A stretch of 64,000 nt of DNA, taken from a virus. The notes under the pieces were generated by a model that did not search any database, was not told where the DNA came from, and saw nothing but the letters and a program-made list of their open reading frames with translations. This document shows, one piece after another, positions 1 through 10,782 of the stretch (positions are counted from its first letter, which is position 1; the number at the start of each line of letters is the position of its first letter). The DNA lies in IMG/VR virus record IMGVR_UViG_3300044729_001198, positions 32,001 to 96,000 of that record. One strand, 5' to 3'. The position numbers were made by a program, and so were the translations under genes.

Positions 1-1
1 C

Positions 2-3000
2 TTGTAAGTATACGTTATCGGTAGCAAGACCAAAACCTGGATTTGGATTTCCAAATACCATGTTACTTCCTGCCAACCCGCTCAAGTCTCCTAATCTGGC
101 TTTTAGTTCAACATCATAGATTCCACTACCAGTTCTTTCAACAATATCCATGTAAGGAGTAGCTTCGTCATTTGGATTTGCATTAATACGAATAAATCCG
201 GTGTTTAATTTACCAGTTGATACTAAAACTTGACCGGCTTCATATGATTGTGAAATTGCAGGAGCATCACCAAGTGATGATGAATCACCCGTAATACCAT
301 ATCCGTATGAACGAGTAACATACAAGTATCCTTTGAAGTTAGTACCACTTGCAGGTTCTAATCGTGACGCGGTTTCGACCTTCACATATTCAGTAGAGAA
401 TCCAGTATCGTTTACTTTTTTAAGAACAAGGATTTCGCCATTTACAAATCCCGTAACATTATCCACCACAAAAACACTTGCCGATGGTGAAACGTTGGTG
501 TATAGTACATCAACACTACTTTGACTACCAGCTGTTATTGTTGCTGATGTATTTGTGGAACTTGAGTATATGATAACACTTGACGTGTAGGTTGTTTGTA
601 ATGGCGCTTGAATTGACGAGGTGTCAATCTTGATATTATTTGAATCAATTCGTTCAAGAATTGGATATGTTCTTGTAGTACCACCAGCATCAAACGTTAT
701 CTGACCCTTTTGTGCAATAGACGTTGGAAAGGTGCTACCTAACGTAGAAACCACATTAGACGAGGTTTGTGAGTAAGAAATCGAAGAAGATAGTCTTGAC
801 ATCGTAATCTTCGTTCCTTGTGGATGTGGTGCTGTTGATGGGTCAAACGTGTAACCAGCATCAAAGTTAAATGAGAAAACACCACTTGCTAAATTAAAAA
901 TAGTAGCACGTGCTGTAGTTGACGGCGTACCATTGTCGGTAAAGATTGGGTCTACAGCAGCTATGTCTAATAATGGACCTATGAATGATGCGGTAGGCAC
1001 CGATGTATTGGGTAATAATGATGAATAAGAATCACTATCAAATCCCGGCTCGTTACCATTGTAATCATTTGATAAAAACGTTTCAGCTTCAAGATACGTT
1101 TGAATCGTAGTTGATAGCTGACGAGATGCTGTTACGTTTATACTTGTGTTTGTATTACTTTGTGAATAGTATAGTGTAGCAGAAGCTACATTTGCGTATA
1201 TTGGAGTACCTATTGTAAAATGTGTTGAATCTGCTTTAGATACTAACAAATAGTTGTTTCCACTATAATTTACATAATCATTACCAATTTGATTTCCAAA
1301 TCCACTTGGTAAACTTGTGGATGATGTAATCATTGAAGATGATATTGTTAATAATGTACTTACAGCAGAACCACTCACAGTAGTTGAATTTGCTATATAT
1401 AATTGACCACCAACAGCGTTTACGGATTCCTTTTCGAACGTAGTTGTTTTTAAAGTACCTCTTACTGAAATGTTTTCGAATTCAGCTTTACCATCTTGTC
1501 CGATTTTCCAACCCTTAACACCACTTGCGAAGTCTCGTGTTTGTATCTTACCACTTGAATTTATATCCAAGTTACTACTGAATATACTGCCAGTATTTAC
1601 ACCCCACCCACCAATACTTGCAGATACGAATTTTGCAAAACCTTGTGAGGTTATAGATGAAGATGCGTTATTGATATTTGATGGGGCTCCATCGATTGTA
1701 GCCGGTGTAAACAATTGATTGACTGATAGTCCAGCGTTGATAACTGCGTCAGCTCCAATAATCAATAAATTATTTTGAGGGTCAAGGTGGAATAATGATG
1801 AACTAATTTCAATGTTACCGTCAGAGCCACTTATAAATTGTGAACCAGTAGTACCAATAAAGAACTTTTCAGCTTTAATGTCAAGACTACCACCATCCTC
1901 GGTGGAGAATATCAAATGAGCATTATCATTAGGACCTACGAGTTGCATACCAACACCGGTCAATGTGTCAGCTCCAACTTGTAAAGCACCACTACCACTA
2001 TAGATTATGAATCCACCAGGACCAATTCCTTGTGATGCAGAAGTTTGACCTTCGTATCCAACCGAGCGTAAGAATCCACTTGATACGCCAGCAAGTTCTA
2101 TACCACTACCAATTGTATTACCAATGAAAAAAGAACCTGTGATTATAGATTGGTTTCCAGCAATGTATACGTTACCGCCAGGAAAAACAATATTATCAAC
2201 AATCAAAGAATAATCTGAAACTTCTCCGTTGATATTTAAAAATTGTAATTTAACACTCTTCGGGTCGTTGAGGTGTTCGGTTGGAATCGGTACTCTAAAA
2301 TATTGACTACCAGTTAATGGTACTCGTGTACTTCCTATGATTTGATAATCACCAGATATACCTTTGGATTTTATTAAGGTAGTGATACTATAAACACGAC
2401 CTACCAATGGTTCAAGGTTTGAGAGAGTTATGTTAGCGAACGAAATTTGATTTTGAGTCGCTACATATGATGATGTTGAATAATATGAAATGTTGGCTGA
2501 AACAATACCATCTGAATAATCATATGTGTGAATTGATTTAGAACTTCTATTATCACTTTGAGTTATTGGTGAATCAATTCTTAATACATTATTAGAATAT
2601 ACTTCAGTAATACTTGATGTAAATCGAGTTGGTTGTGATTGTCCAGTTAATCTTGGAAATAATGTTACGTTTCCAAAATCCAAACGTAAAGAACCACTAA
2701 CCATTTCACCATTAAATAAATCACCACTAACACGTTCTATGGAGATTTTATCACCCCAATTTGATTTTTTATAATATACTAACGATGAAGCCGTTACAGC
2801 ATTTAAACTACCACTTGTTGATGGTATGTTTACAAAAGTTTCTATTGATGCTGAAATTGTACATTTTGGTAATGAGGTTTGGTCAAATACAATTTTTGAT
2901 GTAGATGGTAAGTCCACTCTAATAGGAACTCTTCGTGACCATCTAATGTTTTGTCGATTCACCCACTCCGATGGGACGTTTGCAGAAGTTCCTACAAATA

Positions 3001-3334
3001 TCACCTCACCAACACCAGGAGCCGTGTCGTATTTATCATTTCTATTAGCGTAAACCCAAATAGAAATTAAACGAGTTTCATCCTCATCCTTTATATCAGA
3101 AATTTCCCAATAAACAGGTCGACCCGATTGGTCCAATATCTCGATATCAATTTCAGTATTGTCTTCGAGGTTTTTGGAATTACCACGAACTTTAATAGAA
3201 GATTTACCATCACCTAAATATGATGGGAAATCCACGATTGCGAAGTATTCAGCCGAATCTACCGAGGTATCTTCGATGTATACATCTATATCTTTTAGGT
3301 TCTCTTTACTCTTTACTTTGAGTTCTAAAGCCAT
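2..3334 (-). CDS. Large virion structural / tail-fibre-like protein (>1110 aa, runs off the left edge; absent from the ORF track)
   Basis: Manual translation from ATG at 3334 (MALELKVKSKENLKDIDVYIEDTS...) stays open to the edge. S/T/G-rich beta-type sequence; contains fibre-like 'GWKIGQDGKAEFENISVRG' and 'KARLGDLSG' segments. Confidence 0.75.
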   Translation of the reverse strand, partial: MALELKVKSKENLKDIDVYIEDTSVDSAEYFAIVDFPSYLGDGKSSIKVRGNSKNLEDNTEIDIEILDQSGRPVYWEISDIKDEDETRLISIWVYANRNDKYDTAPGVGEVIFVGTSANVPSEWVNRQNIRWSRRVPIRVDLPSTSKIVFDQTSLPKCTISASIETFVNIPSTSGSLNAVTASSLVYYKKSNWGDKISIERVSGDLFNGEMVSGSLRLDFGNVTLFPRLTGQSQPTRFTSSITEVYSNNVLRIDSPITQSDNRSSKSIHTYDYSDGIVSANISYYSTSSYVATQNQISFANITLSNLEPLVGRVYSITTLIKSKGISGDYQIIGSTRVPLTGSQYFRVPIPTEHLNDPKSVKLQFLNINGEVSDYSLIVDNIVFPGGNVYIAGNQSIITGSFFIGNTIGSGIELAGVSSGFLRSVGYEGQTSASQGIGPGGFIIYSGSGALQVGADTLTGVGMQLVGPNDNAHLIFSTEDGGSLDIKAEKFFIGTTGSQFISGSDGNIEISSSLFHLDPQNNLLIIGADAVINAGLSVNQLFTPATIDGAPSNINNASSSITSQGFAKFVSASIGGWGVNTGSIFSSNLDINSSGKIQTRDFASGVKGWKIGQDGKAEFENISVRGTLKTTTFEKESVNAVGGQLYIANSTTVSGSAVSTLLTISSSMITSSTSLPSGFGNQIGNDYVNYSGNNYLLVSKADSTHFTIGTPIYANVASATLYYSQSNTNTSINVTASRQLSTTIQTYLEAETFLSNDYNGNEPGFDSDSYSSLLPNTSVPTASFIGPLLDIAAVDPIFTDNGTPSTTARATIFNLASGVFSFNFDAGYTFDPSTAPHPQGTKITMSRLSSSISYSQTSSNVVSTLGSTFPTSIAQKGQITFDAGGTTRTYPILERIDSNNIKIDTSSIQAPLQTTYTSSVIIYSSSTNTSATITAGSQSSVDVLYTNVSPSASVFVVDNVTGFVNGEILVLKKVNDTGFSTEYVKVETASRLEPASGTNFKGYLYVTRSYGYGITGDSSSLGDAPAISQSYEAGQVLVSTGKLNTGFIRINANPNDEATPYMDIVERTGSGIYDVELKARLGDLSGLAGSNMVFGNPNPGFGLATDNVYLQ

Positions 3335-3352
3335 TAATTAACTCCAACTTTC

Positions 3353-6300
3353 TTATAAATATCTAATAGATGAAAACCCCTTCACTTTATTGATATCTAT
3401 AATTTGGTCTACCATGTCTCGTGTCTTGTCAATATGAGATATTGTAATAATAAAATCAAATTGTGTCTTTAAGTAATCAAATAATAAATAGAGAGAATTA
3501 AAGTTGTCCGTGTCAAGTGACCCAAATCCTTCGTCAATAGCAATAAAGTTTGGTCTTGGTAAATTTGATACATTGATTAAAGCAGTTCTAATTGCAATCG
3601 AACTAACAAACTTTTCCATACCACTTGTTAGCTCTAATGGCCACACCTTATCATCACCATAACATATGTAGGAGTTTATATTTTTACCATCAGTATTCAA
3701 TAGGATTTGGAAGTCAACAATCGGTTGTAAAATGTTATTGATTTCAATTTCAAGTTTTGGTAGTATTTCAGAAATCAACTGATATGGAACTCCATCACGT
3801 TTTACACATTTTAAATAGTATTCGTAACCATCGTATTTTGCTTCCATGTGTTGAAGTTTGCCAATAGATTGATTCACCATTTCGATTGTTTTTTCAGCAA
3901 TTTTAATATCACTATACACCGACATGATTTCATTAGTAACTTCTTGAATCTCATTTGAGATAGAGGTTTGTGTGAGTTTAAGAGAATTTACATTCATCAT
4001 AACATCAGCATTGAACTCAACTGCTTTTTGTTGGAGTTTAGCTCTACCAATAGTTTCAATTAAGGTATCAATCTCCCTACTATAAGTCATTAACATGGCG
4101 TTACAAGAGTCATAGTTTTTAGAAGTCTGATAACTTAATTTTGATAACTCAACATCCATCTGATTTAGTTTGTTGACTTTTTCGAGAGATTCTTTAACAT
4201 TATATTTTGTCTTGTTTTCACGAGCAGTTTCCAACTCACCAAGTCGAGTTAGTAAAGTTAAATGTAATCCACGAATTTCTTTTTGTAAAGACTGCGCTTG
4301 TTTAGCAAATGGTGTATTTTTATTTTGAACACAATGTTCACAATTATCATCAAATGTAAGCGAACCAATACCATCCAAATGTTTTTGTTTGTGTTTAATT
4401 TCCGATTCAAGTTGGTTTTGGCTTATAAGAATATCAGATTCAATACCATTCCACTTTTGCCATTCTAAATCCATCTCCTTCAACTTATCAACGTCTAGTT
4501 CAATAAGTTTATCAGAAACACGTTTACGTTTTTCTTCAACATCATTTAATTCTACTTTGATTGAATCACACTCTTCTTGATGTTTTTCAAGTTTCTCAAT
4601 AACACTACCAAGTTTAGATTCTAAAGAATCAACATCTTCAATATCTTCAACCGGTTTTAAAGTCATTACATAATCTGATATTTGATTTTGTATCTCAAGT
4701 GTCTTGGATTCCAATTCGTCTTTTTTTGATTGATACTCCGTAAGAGAACCTGTGATTGATGTCAACGTAGTTTGGGAATCAGCAAGTTGACCAGGTAGGT
4801 CTTGGTTTTTATAGTCTTTAAGTAGAGCTGATAATTCTTTAATCTCTTCACTTGCTACTTGATACAAATCTTCAAACACATCCATATCCAAGAATTGCGC
4901 AAGAAGTTCCTTACGTTCTTTTTGAGATTTATCAATGAACCCACTATTGTTTGATTGTGTTGACATAGCGGTCAAAACAAAATCATCATAAGTACCAACG
5001 TAATCACGGATAATAAAGTTTGTATCTCTACGTTGTTCACCATTCAGAGATTCAGCAACACCATTTACAAGTTTATAAAAGTTTACGTCAACTTTAACAG
5101 TACCACGTTTTGGGCTCTTTTTAGCAGCCCTTTCAATTACATATACTTCACCATTGACATCAAAAGTGAACTTACAATCAAATGACATCTTTGAGTAATT
5201 CATAACGTCTTCAGCCTTTGAGGTTCGTGAACACTTATCAAAGATACAAAACGCAAGAGCATCCCATAATGTAGACTTACCACTTGCGTTTGGGGCAAAG
5301 ATACCATAAGCACCTTTCATATTTGTAAAGTCAATAACGTTGTTAGGTCCATATGAAAACATATTTGAGAACTCAAATCTAACAGGAGTCCAAATAGAAT
5401 TTTTCATGGTGTGATTAGAACCCAACTTTGCGTTTATATCATTATTGATTGATTTTACAATCTGAAGTTGTTCATCGGAGATTTGGTCGTTAGTAGTTAG
5501 GTAATCCTCAATCAGTCGATTTTGAAAAGCAACGTCTCTGACATTTTGTAATGTTATTTGATGTGCTCCATTTTGTGAATTTTTACTGATAATCTTTTGA
5601 ATCGTAAGTTCTTCAATTTTGGTTTCTTTTTTCAACTCTGCAATTACACCATTCAAATCGGATTGTTTAGTATCCTTAACACGAATTCTCATCCGTGACT
5701 TCGTTGGGAATTTAGGTTTGTTTACAATAACACCCTCATCTACGTCAACAGTTACATATCCAAAATCATTTTCAATAGCAACAAATTCATGAGTACATGA
5801 TTTAGAATCCCAAACCAATAATCCATGGTTTGGATATAAAGATTCACTATGGTTTTGCATAATCAATGAACCGGGGTACATGATTAATTTATTACCATTT
5901 ACAGCATTGTTTGGAACGTGAATGTCACCCAACAACACCATATCGTAACCAGCAAACGAATCAGCGTTTATGTTATGGTTCTCAATTTCAAAACCATGTT
6001 CGGTTTGAATCTTGTCAACGGCTCCGTGGAACAAAGCAATCTTTACACTGTCTTTGATTTCCGATGATGGTATAAACCCTTTAGCGTCATCAAATACCGA
6101 TTGATGTGTGAATGTGTAGTCTCCATTCAACGTTTGCCAAACACCACTATCTTTTAAATAAAATAAGTTATTATGATTTAGAGCGTTGACAATTGGTTGA
6201 ATAGCATCCATCCGTGATGGGTTATTCAAGTTAGCATCGTGGTTGCCCGGAATGACAATGGTTGGTAGTAAATCGGCTAATGACTTCAAAAACTTTTGAG

Positions 6301-6520
6301 TCATCTCGATAACTTCAGGAGTCATATCAGTTTTTGCGTGTACTATATCACCAGCAACTACGATAATGTCATCGATTTCCATAGTCGATGATATGTACTG
6401 ATACAACCTATCAAACACTACATTGTATTCGGAGTGTCTTTTTAGGTTTCTAATATGTATATCTGCTACATGGTATATTTTACCAATTGTATCGATAGGT
6501 AGTTTCTTTGCTTTTCTCAT
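3353..6520 (-). CDS. Fused Mre11/SbcD nuclease - Rad50/SbcC ATPase (T4 gp47-gp46-like)
   Basis: N-terminal phosphoesterase motifs DIH, GD, GNHD, HG, GDIH; then Walker A APNASGKS, coiled coil with CEHC hook, signature TSGME, Walker B/D-loop IAIDEGFGSLD, ISH. Confidence 0.93.
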   Translation of the reverse strand: MRKAKKLPIDTIGKIYHVADIHIRNLKRHSEYNVVFDRLYQYISSTMEIDDIIVVAGDIVHAKTDMTPEVIEMTQKFLKSLADLLPTIVIPGNHDANLNNPSRMDAIQPIVNALNHNNLFYLKDSGVWQTLNGDYTFTHQSVFDDAKGFIPSSEIKDSVKIALFHGAVDKIQTEHGFEIENHNINADSFAGYDMVLLGDIHVPNNAVNGNKLIMYPGSLIMQNHSESLYPNHGLLVWDSKSCTHEFVAIENDFGYVTVDVDEGVIVNKPKFPTKSRMRIRVKDTKQSDLNGVIAELKKETKIEELTIQKIISKNSQNGAHQITLQNVRDVAFQNRLIEDYLTTNDQISDEQLQIVKSINNDINAKLGSNHTMKNSIWTPVRFEFSNMFSYGPNNVIDFTNMKGAYGIFAPNASGKSTLWDALAFCIFDKCSRTSKAEDVMNYSKMSFDCKFTFDVNGEVYVIERAAKKSPKRGTVKVDVNFYKLVNGVAESLNGEQRRDTNFIIRDYVGTYDDFVLTAMSTQSNNSGFIDKSQKERKELLAQFLDMDVFEDLYQVASEEIKELSALLKDYKNQDLPGQLADSQTTLTSITGSLTEYQSKKDELESKTLEIQNQISDYVMTLKPVEDIEDVDSLESKLGSVIEKLEKHQEECDSIKVELNDVEEKRKRVSDKLIELDVDKLKEMDLEWQKWNGIESDILISQNQLESEIKHKQKHLDGIGSLTFDDNCEHCVQNKNTPFAKQAQSLQKEIRGLHLTLLTRLGELETARENKTKYNVKESLEKVNKLNQMDVELSKLSYQTSKNYDSCNAMLMTYSREIDTLIETIGRAKLQQKAVEFNADVMMNVNSLKLTQTSISNEIQEVTNEIMSVYSDIKIAEKTIEMVNQSIGKLQHMEAKYDGYEYYLKCVKRDGVPYQLISEILPKLEIEINNILQPIVDFQILLNTDGKNINSYICYGDDKVWPLELTSGMEKFVSSIAIRTALINVSNLPRPNFIAIDEGFGSLDTDNFNSLYLLFDYLKTQFDFIITISHIDKTRDMVDQIIDINKVKGFSSIRYL

Positions 6521-7461
6521 ACACGAAATAATTTGTACTCCATGAGTTTCTGAAGATTCATAGGAGTTGTATTATAAATTTCTTTGTTAATCTTTTCATA
6601 TCCCATTTCGTTTGGGTCATCGTTACCCAAGTCCACAAGATAGGTTTCTATACCATAGTTCATAAATTTCTCTGCAAATCTAATTGCGTTCTTTAACGCA
6701 TCAGAGTCAAGACATATATAAACTTTACTTACTTTTTTATCTATGATTTTTTTCTCAAGATTAGATGGAATTGTTTTACCAAATAATGGTACTGCGTTTC
6801 TACGAATTGCGATAGCATCAAAAGCCCCCTCACAAAGTACCAATGGAATATCCCAATTGACAAAAATATCAAAACCAATGATGTCTTTTGAAACCTTTGG
6901 ATTCTTATGTTTAAATTTCGTAGGGTAGAATGACCTACCAACAAAGAAATTAAGTTTACCACTCTCATCGTAAGATGGGATAATAATTTTTTCATCATAT
7001 TCACCAGATTCACAATATCCTATATTATATTTTACAATTTGCTCAGGAGTTATACCACGACTCATTACATAATTTAAAGCGTGTTTCCACTTAATAGAAT
7101 CTGACTTTTGATATAGTGGTTTAAACTCTTTTGGTAACTCAACCAACTCAACACTTGTCGAGTTATTTAGGGAATTACTTGTAGGGTCGTATCTATTTAC
7201 CTTACTGAATATAGCATTGTATTCATCCCACGTTTGTTTTGATACGTTGAGTTTTTTGAATAGGGATTTGATAGTCTTACCCTTTTCATCAGAAATCCAA
7301 CAATGCCATGGGTTCTCACCACGAGGGGTAATCCGAATGTTGATTTCTAACTTTGGTTTGTAGTGGTCAACAAACGGAGAGTAGAACGCATAATTGTCAC
7401 CCGAAGTTTTCTTCGATTTACCTAATACAAGTTCTAATAGAGCAAGTAGTCTATCTTCCAT
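6517..7461 (-). CDS. DNA primase (Toprim, DnaG/gp61-like)
   Basis: CEGAFDAIAI and ICLDSDA Toprim motifs, FFVGRS; degenerate N-terminal Zn-finger region. Confidence 0.88.
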   Translation of the reverse strand: MEDRLLALLELVLGKSKKTSGDNYAFYSPFVDHYKPKLEINIRITPRGENPWHCWISDEKGKTIKSLFKKLNVSKQTWDEYNAIFSKVNRYDPTSNSLNNSTSVELVELPKEFKPLYQKSDSIKWKHALNYVMSRGITPEQIVKYNIGYCESGEYDEKIIIPSYDESGKLNFFVGRSFYPTKFKHKNPKVSKDIIGFDIFVNWDIPLVLCEGAFDAIAIRRNAVPLFGKTIPSNLEKKIIDKKVSKVYICLDSDALKNAIRFAEKFMNYGIETYLVDLGNDDPNEMGYEKINKEIYNTTPMNLQKLMEYKLFRV

Positions 7462-7492
7462 TAGGTCAAATATACGAAATTATTTTGAATAA

Positions 7493-7912
7493 TCAAAAAA
7501 AACTTTGTGTTGGTGTTTCGTCCAACCATTCTTGTGGTATTTCTTTCTTTGCCCACTTGAATCCGTACTTATCACACCATTCAGCATATGTCGTTTTTGA
7601 CCCTTTGTAAATTTTACCATTAGGCGATTGTAAGACAAATCGAATATCAAGTTCAGGATGTTGTTCTTTAATCAATAAGTGTTTTTTTCGGTCTTCAGGT
7701 AAGAACCAACCTTTTGATTCTATAAAGATACCATTTGGTAATCTGAAATCCGGCTTGTAAGTGTGATGTGATGCTGGGATGGTGTAGTTTATTTCATGCT
7801 TTTCATACTCACCATCAACACCTTGAATTCGTAACTGTTCGTTTATCTTATCTTCAAGACCCGACTTATGTCCTTTGGTCTTTTGGATATGACTCCAATT
7901 TCCTTTTGCCAT
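7493..7912 (-). CDS. T7 endonuclease I-like Holliday junction resolvase
   Basis: SGLE...YKPDFRLPNGIFIESKGWFLPEDRKKHLLIKEQHPELDIRFV closely follows the T7 gp3 pattern. Confidence 0.88.
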   Translation of the reverse strand: MAKGNWSHIQKTKGHKSGLEDKINEQLRIQGVDGEYEKHEINYTIPASHHTYKPDFRLPNGIFIESKGWFLPEDRKKHLLIKEQHPELDIRFVLQSPNGKIYKGSKTTYAEWCDKYGFKWAKKEIPQEWLDETPTQSFF

Positions 7913-7921
7913 AACTTATTT

Positions 7922-8554
7922 TTATCCCGCGTTAAATGTCCTTTGAATAAAATATATAACTCCGGCTATACTAACATTACCGCCGGTACATTGTACTTTC
8001 CATTGGTTACCATTTGTTACAAAATCAACATCACCATAAAAATGAAACACTTCGTAAAAGTTTTCCCATGTATCATTACCTTTTCCAAAAACCAATGTTT
8101 TAGAAACTCTATCATATGGAGTAGCTCCTGTGGATGATAATGATACATCCATATGTGTTTGATTTGCATTTGAACTTTTGGCTTTAAATGTGACAACCAC
8201 CGTATGGACATCGCCTTCATTTTCAATTTGAATTTTTTTAGAAGAACCATCATAAAAATTAATGGATGAATTCATATATGAATTTATTGTATTAGCTGCA
8301 TTATTTGGTAAAACTACAGCAGTAGCTCCATCCGTAACTACATATGCTGATGATGTTGTATATTGACCATCATCATATCTAGCCCACCCAAGACCAGTAC
8401 CACCTAAACCACTTGGTAAAGAACCTGTTATATTATTAACTAAATCTTGGAAGTCTACTTTTTTAGTTTCACCGGCACTAACGTCTACTACGGCAAAAAC
8501 ATCATTTGATGCAATTTCATTAAGTTCAGTAAATTGTGTTATTCTTTTATCCAT
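7922..8554 (-). CDS. Putative virion / fibre-associated protein
   Basis: N-terminus KRITQFTEL...DVFAVVDVS...TKKV resembles fibre attachment starts; beta-rich C-terminus; lies in the structural module. Confidence 0.5.
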   Translation of the reverse strand: MDKRITQFTELNEIASNDVFAVVDVSAGETKKVDFQDLVNNITGSLPSGLGGTGLGWARYDDGQYTTSSAYVVTDGATAVVLPNNAANTINSYMNSSINFYDGSSKKIQIENEGDVHTVVVTFKAKSSNANQTHMDVSLSSTGATPYDRVSKTLVFGKGNDTWENFYEVFHFYGDVDFVTNGNQWKVQCTGGNVSIAGVIYFIQRTFNAG

Positions 8555-8558
8555 TTTC

Positions 8559-8765
8559 TTACCAAATTATTCGTGAACCATCTTGTTGTAATATATATGA
8601 ACCATCTTCTTGTAGAATATATCGACCCCCAGGTCGTCTATGTGATTGTTGCCTCAATATAAATTCTTGTTGTTCTTTTAGTAATAAAAAATTATAAGAC
8701 CTTACAATCTCATTTAATGGTAACTTATCTTTGTGTTGTTGATAATAATGTGACCATTGTATCAT
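8559..8765 (-). CDS. Small protein with repeated YILQ(E/Q)DGS motif
   Basis: 68 aa; tandem YILQEDGS/YILQQDGS; tight spacing with neighbouring genes. Confidence 0.55.
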   Translation of the reverse strand: MIQWSHYYQQHKDKLPLNEIVRSYNFLLLKEQQEFILRQQSHRRPGGRYILQEDGSYILQQDGSRIIW

Positions 8766-8767
8766 GA

Positions 8768-10195
8768 TTAATCCAAATCAAATTTTACATTTATAGTGAC
8801 ATCAACGTCTTGTCTTTTTTTCAAAGGTGAGCCTAATTTAGCAACAGCTAACAAGTCACCAAAGTCATTATACAAACCAACTTGAGTAATATATGGTCTG
8901 AAGTCTGAACCAGTTACCATTGATTTTAGTCTTGGTTCGTTTTCATCATAAGTTACTTTTAAAGATGGGTTGGACGATACATTATATTCATCACGATTAA
9001 TTTCACAAAGAATCGATACCTCTTCAATTTGTTTGGTAGCTTTATAATTTAACTCAAAGCCTTTGTTTGTGTAATCAAAATCACCATTACCCAAAAACAT
9101 ATTTTGATATCGAGGTCGAGGGTCGGTAACTACAACCATACCATGTTTATAAAAAACATATCCAACTTCTTTTCGTTGCAGAGCAGAGCCGCTGGTTGAA
9201 TTATTTGATAATGATGATATAACACTCGATGATAACTCATTCCTATGTAGTCTAAATTGTGCAATTGAACCCGAAAACCCTAAACCGCCAGGAGATATGG
9301 TATCACTACCAATTACAATATCATTATCATTACTAACTAATTCAGCAAATGAGTATGACCCACTAACGTCCTTAACCCCATCTATATACAATGCTAATTC
9401 ATTTCCCACTTTATTTAAAGCGTAGTGGTGAAATGTCCCATCATTAACAGCAGTAGATGAAGATATATTTAGAGTTGAAATACCATCTGATGCTCTGACA
9501 AAAACGTGACCGGGAGATGCTGGGTGTAGTTCGGTATAAACTGAAAAGTCAAATGGGTAGTTTGGTAAATTATTTGTTTGAGTTCTCTCTATCCCATTTG
9601 CATCAAAGTATGTTTGTACATTTCTTTTTTGTATGATGGTTTGAGTTCCAACACCAGCCAATGATTGTGATGGTGGGATGTTAGCCCAAAATGAAACAGC
9701 CCAGTTATCTACCTTGTTAAGTATATTAAAGTTTTGTTTGTGTTTGATTTGGATATTATTATATTGATTAAAATTATAAAAATTACCAACACCTAAACTT
9801 GGGTTTGAAACCACACCACCAACGGAAATGGGAGTGCTTTCAGATGGAGTCGGCTCCGATTGTAAGGTAGCAGCTCCATTAATTGTCAAGGCATATATAT
9901 TATTTGGATTTAACTTTACAGTTTGAATTATTATCAAACCACTTTGTATGTAAGCTCCAATAACACCAGACCCATTTGTATACGGTACGCCATCAAGTAC
10001 AAAAGAAATATCACCAACAGAAGTAAATTCATAACCACTATCAGGATGAAGATATGCTACGTTATATAGATATGCTCCGGCTTGTGTTCCGGTTACTACT
10101 CGTGTCGTGATAGCCGACCCATATGGATTTGTATCGGCTCTTAAAGTAGAGTTAGTTACGTTGTTTGTATAATTGGTTCTTAATGAATATGACAT
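8768..10195 (-). CDS. LamG/ConA-like domain baseplate/fibre protein with tail-collar-like C-terminus
   Basis: WAVSFW...DGTFHHYALNK...LYIDGV...FSGSIAQFRLH (LamG); C-terminal YITQVGLYNDFGDLLAVAKL. Confidence 0.75.
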   Translation of the reverse strand: MSYSLRTNYTNNVTNSTLRADTNPYGSAITTRVVTGTQAGAYLYNVAYLHPDSGYEFTSVGDISFVLDGVPYTNGSGVIGAYIQSGLIIIQTVKLNPNNIYALTINGAATLQSEPTPSESTPISVGGVVSNPSLGVGNFYNFNQYNNIQIKHKQNFNILNKVDNWAVSFWANIPPSQSLAGVGTQTIIQKRNVQTYFDANGIERTQTNNLPNYPFDFSVYTELHPASPGHVFVRASDGISTLNISSSTAVNDGTFHHYALNKVGNELALYIDGVKDVSGSYSFAELVSNDNDIVIGSDTISPGGLGFSGSIAQFRLHRNELSSSVISSLSNNSTSGSALQRKEVGYVFYKHGMVVVTDPRPRYQNMFLGNGDFDYTNKGFELNYKATKQIEEVSILCEINRDEYNVSSNPSLKVTYDENEPRLKSMVTGSDFRPYITQVGLYNDFGDLLAVAKLGSPLKKRQDVDVTINVKFDLD

Positions 10196-10770
10196 TAGAC
10201 AATCCTATTTTCACTTGAATAGTTAGACATATCATTTAAATTATCATTAAAATCTAAATAAACCAATACGTCACGAGTATTTACATAAGTCGAACTTGTC
10301 AATTCATTTGCTATTAATATACCATACTCATCGGTGACTTTTAGGTCAGACAATGAAATAGAAGATGATGGATAATTGCTATTATCTATAATAGTGACCG
10401 AACCCGGTTTTATGCCTTCTCCAAATTTATTTTGAGGTATGGATACAATTGATGCGGTATCGTATAATGTGATATCACGTCTTCTTTTAAAAAATGTAGA
10501 ATTAAGAGAATACCAATTAATTTGTTGCGGTATGTGATTTAACTCATCACTTGATGCACCCGAACCACTAATGATTCGTGGGTCAGGTACATTTACACCA
10601 TTGACTGAACTTGATACTTCTAACAAAACTCCATTGTCTGAAATAGCTCTCAATATTGATATTTCAAATGACGATGAATAGTTAACATCAGTCACCTCAT
10701 ATCTTTTATGAGCTTCAAAGGGTCTCTGTTGGATACCCTCTCGAAATATTTTCTTGAAAACTACTCCCAT
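10195..10770 (-). CDS. Virion protein, possibly the N-terminal part of a split LamG-containing gene
   Basis: SIPQNKFGEGIKPGSV motif paralleled by RLKDKLDPGNW in the next ORF; TAATG stop/start overlap with 8768..10195. Confidence 0.6.
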   Translation of the reverse strand: MGVVFKKIFREGIQQRPFEAHKRYEVTDVNYSSSFEISILRAISDNGVLLEVSSSVNGVNVPDPRIISGSGASSDELNHIPQQINWYSLNSTFFKRRRDITLYDTASIVSIPQNKFGEGIKPGSVTIIDNSNYPSSSISLSDLKVTDEYGILIANELTSSTYVNTRDVLVYLDFNDNLNDMSNYSSENRIV

Positions 10771-10782
10771 GTGGGTTCATCT

